This document shows, one piece after another, positions 59,725 through 64,000 of a stretch of DNA of 64,000 nucleotides. Positions within the stretch are counted from its first letter, which is position 1; the number at the start of each line of letters is the position of its first letter. A program made the position numbers and the translations under genes. Source of the stretch: Eledone cirrhosa (Eukaryota); NCBI GenBank assembly GCA_964016885.1, contig OZ024749.1:42470001-42534000 (forward strand), written 5' to 3'. Below the pieces are notes generated by a model. It ran no database searches and was not told the DNA's origin. It saw only the letters and a program-made list of their open reading frames with translations.

Positions 59725-60095
59725 ATTATGGGTAAATGGTGGGTAAAATAATTGTTGTGGGTAAATAGTGGGTAAAATGATTATTGTGGGTAAAGTGGTG
59801 GGTAAAATGATTATTGTGGATAGTTGTAGGTAAAATGTGGGTAAAATTGTGGGTAAAATGATTATTGTGGGTAAGTGGTGGGTAAAATGATTAATGTGGG
59901 TAAAAAGGTGGGTAACATTATTATTGTGGGTAAAATGGTGGGTAAAATGGTGGTTAAAATGGTGGGTAAAATGGTGGGTAAAATGGTGGGGAAAATTGTG
60001 GGGAAAATGATTATTGTGGGTAAAGTGGTGGGTACAATAATAATAGTGGGTAAAATAATGATAGTGGGTAAAATGGTAGGTAAAGTGGTGGGTGA
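59725..60095. repeat. Degenerate GTGGGTAAAATG repeat
   Basis: More than 20 copies of (G)TGGGTAAA with 12-27-bp spacing. Confidence 0.85.
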
Positions 60096-60384
60096 AATCA
60101 AGAAAGGGAGAAATAGGGTAGGAAGTGGAGTAAAGGGGGGTAGGGAAAGAATGGGTTGGAAGATGCAGAAGTGGAAGAAGGGGAGGAAAAACATCAAGGA
60201 AAGGAAGGATAGAAAAGAGGAGGTTAAAGAAATAGGGAAAGAGAGGTTAAAAAATGGGGAAAAGTAAGGAAGAGAGGTAAAGAGGGATACGAAGTGTGAA
60301 AGTGTGGGAAAGAGGCAGAAAAGGGTGCAATGAGGGAGAATCAACACCACGAGGTCAAACACAAGACGAATAAGGTCACGTAAA

Positions 60385-61290
60385 GTGATATGTGTTTCTT
60401 TCACAAGAAATTTGAAGCAAAAGATACCAAGTAACCATGTAACTTCAATATCTCTTCACCATCGACTCCGGGAGAAACTCTAGGATCAACCACCAATAAA
60501 CACCCTCGTGGTCAGCAAACATGATCAACTGTCCTGTATATCTATGATCAGATCTCCAGTCAGATTCTTAATCGACACAGAAGTAGAAGTCAGTGTCATC
60601 CCGGCATCTGCAAACCACCTCCGATATAGAGAGGGGAGTCAGTGGCAGCTGCCAATGATTCTACAATCAAAGCTTACAGATACCTTACTTTCCCCCTCCA
60701 CAGAAGCTCACAGTAATATACATGGACATTCACCGTCGCTGATGCTCACTCACTGCTGGTCGATAATCAGGGGAGACGACTCGTCAATAGCAGTAAGTAT
60801 ACCTCTGTTTCTCTGGCAACATCTGCACGTGTGACTTTTCATATATCAAACGTCTCTGAGACCAAGAACGAGTGCTCGGAATTCCTTTTGAATTACCTGA
60901 AACTCATTATCATGAGATCTCCCAATCTACAACTCTCCACAGAGTAAAGCCCTACATTCCAACCACCAGTTCTCGAGTACGCAACCGTGTATGTCGTCTA
61001 CCACCAGTCAAATTTGCTATTGTGAAGGTCAAATTTGACAATATGGAAGCTTTGGACATCGTTCATCGATCAAACCGTCCCCGGTCTTCCCCTCAACACG
61101 AAGCGCCAACACCCAATAGAGCTTGGCGACCCAGCAGGGATTATCGCCGTCTTAACAAAAGTACCCCACCCTACTGCTACTCCATTCTGCATATATACAA
61201 GGCTTCTCGGTCCAGTTAGCAGCGTGCTCGATTTTCTCCAAAATCTACCTCAACCGAGGTTATCATCAATTACCTGTACTAGATGATAAC
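60385..61290 (+). pseudogene. Ty3/Gypsy LTR retrotransposon gag-pol remnant (protease + RT N-terminus)
   Basis: FLIDTEVEVSVIP (cf. FLIDTGAEVSVIP), RLPPVK..VKVKFDNMEALDIV.RS, WRPSRDYRRLN, FSKIYLNRGYHQLP; multiple stops and frameshifts. Confidence 0.85.
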
Positions 61291-61468
61291 ATGTAAATAC
61301 AATTTAATACAAAAAGAAAAAAGAAAATTTAGATTGGGAAGAAAGAATGGAATGTAAAATAAGAAAATATAAAAAAAAAACGGAAAAAGAAAGATATGGC
61401 AGGGGCTCTAGTGTATATAATAGTAATAATAAATACGAAGACCAAAATCCGAAGAGGGCTTGATAAGG

Positions 61469-61541
<73 letters not shown>

Positions 61542-61636
61542 CGAAGGAATTGTGGTAAGGAACCAGATGGACCATAACGCACCAGAGTACTCAATACTTA
61601 GGGTAGTAGAGTGGATAATATATATATATGAGTGGG

Positions 61637-61709
<73 letters not shown>

Positions 61710-61752
61710 TATATGGGTGAAAGCAGAAATTCTTTGCCTAAACTTTAATCTG

Positions 61753-61823
<71 letters not shown>

Positions 61824-61840
61824 ATAATAATAATAATATA

Positions 61841-61925
<85 letters not shown>

Positions 61926-61987
61926 GTGTCTGTGTCTGTGTTTGTTTGTGTGTGTTTGTTTGTTTGTGTGTTTGTGTGTTTGTGCGC

Positions 61988-62052
<65 letters not shown>

Positions 62053-62628
62053 AGAAGCAAATACGATGAAATAAATATTGATTCTAAAATGTCAATACAT
62101 TTCATCATTTGTAAGCGATCGGTGGAGACGCCTTATCTCATAAACAAGAAGAAATACGTTAGATTGTATAAACAAACCAACAGAATAGATTTAAATAGAA
62201 TTAACAAACAGTCGTAAGATATATAAAGAGAAGTGAAACTTTATTAACTGAGTAGTTGTTTAATACCTTCCAAACAGTGTTATCAGCCATGAAAAGACCC
62301 TTGTTTTTATATTGTTTAGATAAGATATGTTTAGATAAGTCATATGAAAAGAATATGGAAAAAAAAGTTCTTTCTTTTAACACTAGATAGACTTGTAAAT
62401 ATAAATGTTTCATAAAACTTGAAATATAAACACGATAATGTAAAGAAACCCATGAAAGATATCTACCTGTAAATGTTTCTATAGATATATGTTATTTCAT
62501 ATTTCTAAAGGAAGATATGGATAGTTTGAACAGGGGGATTTTTTTTCTTGCTTACAGAAGTATTTTGTCTTAAATATGTACAGCATTTTCTGTCTGGTAC
62601 AGTACTTTCTGTCAATAATTAATAGCAA

Positions 62629-62820
62629 GGGTGGTGGATCGGCAGTATCGGTAGAGGGTCGGACGCCATGCTTTGCAGCACAGAGTTACGTCCCTTTACG
62701 GACTGAGTTCAAATCCTGCCGAGGTTTACTTTGCCTTTCATCCTTACGGGGTCGATAAAATAAAGTACCAGTAATGTACTGGGTGATTGCTGGCCTTGTG
62801 CCAAAAGTAGAAACAATAAT
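62629..62820 (+). mobile_element. SINE S1 full copy
   Basis: Head, B box, core and tail; AATAATTAATAGCAA on both sides (probable TSD at 62614 and 62815). Confidence 0.88.
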
Positions 62821-63149
62821 TAATAGCAACAATGTCGTTGACCGTAGCAATACCAAACCAAACAGACTCTCTCTATCTCTTTTTCTCTCTCTTCCTCATT
62901 CTCATTCTCTCTCTCTCTCTCTCTTTCTCTTTCTTATTCTCTCTCTCTCTCTTTCTCGTTCTCTCTCTCTCTGCCTCTCACTCTTTTTCTCTCTCTTTCA
63001 CACACACACACATACACACACACACACACTCTCTCTCTCTTTCTCTCTCTCTCTCTCACACACACACACATCTTTACATACGAGCACAAAACCACATATC
63101 AAACATATATCAATGTATTCTAAAACCACTTGTAGTTGTTATAGAACAC

Positions 63150-64000
63150 CTAATCAAGTCTTAGTGATCCGCCTCAGATCTGAGAAATGAAAAACGAAGG
63201 CCATCTAAATCTGACGTCATACCTTATAAATAAAGGCATCCCGCAGGGTGATAGCTTGTTGCCGTTGCTCTTTGTATTTTGTTTAATACTTCCCACACCA
63301 AACCGCCTGAAATCGCCCCTAGTTCTACAATATATACTTGTTTGTTTAAAGTGTTTATATTTATCTAAATACCTTCCATCTTAATTTCATATAAGAGCAC
63401 TTATTACGTTTCAAACACCAACATAAATTTAAAAAGGAGTTGTATTACAAAATCTTTCAAAAATTCTTGATTATTTTCAACAGTATCTTTCATGGTAAAG
63501 AAAGAGTGAAAGAGAAAGCAAGTAAGATCTGTCCATTAACAAACAACCAGACATAACCAATGGAAAAAGAAGTTTAGATAATAAAAAAAAAAGGAGCAAT
63601 GAAACTTCTTTTAAGAGTAGATTCTTAAAAAAATATTTGGTTTTGGGAAATAGAGAAGTGATTCTTGTAAACGGCAAAATATGATATGAGTGGGATTTTA
63701 TGTTAATATAAAATTATATACAAAATGGAATTACGTTTATTGTAAAACAATCCAGGAATGGCAAATATGCGTTGAAACAGATAGATTGATTGGACAAACG
63801 TTAAGAGAAAACCAACATAAAATAACACAGCCATATTGATTGAGAAAGTGTAATGTGGGAAGAAATGTATGAAACCATAAAAAATAGAAACTTAATCCCA
63901 AATCTCCTGGATTTGATGAGGTTCAACAGTTTAGTACTAAGGAATCACTTACACAAGATGGCTACTATGACCAAATCAAATCATATTTATACAACTATAT
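63150..64000 (+). pseudogene. Degraded non-LTR RT fragment (probably R4/Dong-like)
   Basis: INKGIPQGDSLLPLLFVFCL (RT motif); downstream frames are broken. Confidence 0.6.

Noticed and set aside
59862-60404. LPTI-repeat / VGKM-repeat ORFs
   Set aside because: Derived from the GTGGGTAAAATG repeat and the purine tract.

Overview
AT-rich eukaryotic (metazoan, probably cephalopod/octopus-like) repeat-dense DNA. No host protein-coding gene could be supported, and nearly all ORF-track entries are microsatellite artefacts. Recognisable content: huge (TA)n/(CA)n/(GA)n/(TATG)n tracts; about 20 copies or fragments of a tRNA-derived SINE with a Meta-like core; two tandem R4/Dong-type RLE LINEs sitting in (TAA)n; remnants of Penelope-like, Tx1-like, Gypsy and mariner elements; several MITEs; and 22-, 42- and 108-bp minisatellites. 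The standout is a 311-bp non-coding tandem array (39385-45770). Each full unit carries an intact minimal type I hammerhead ribozyme: 19 on the + strand plus 1 in an inverted leading copy. This fits a retrozyme (circular-RNA-producing element) array. At least five further hammerhead-bearing repeat families lie nearby, several as fold-back insertions beside (TA)n, suggesting a Penelope-driven family of small self-cleaving elements. All motifs were read by eye; coordinates may be off by a few bases.
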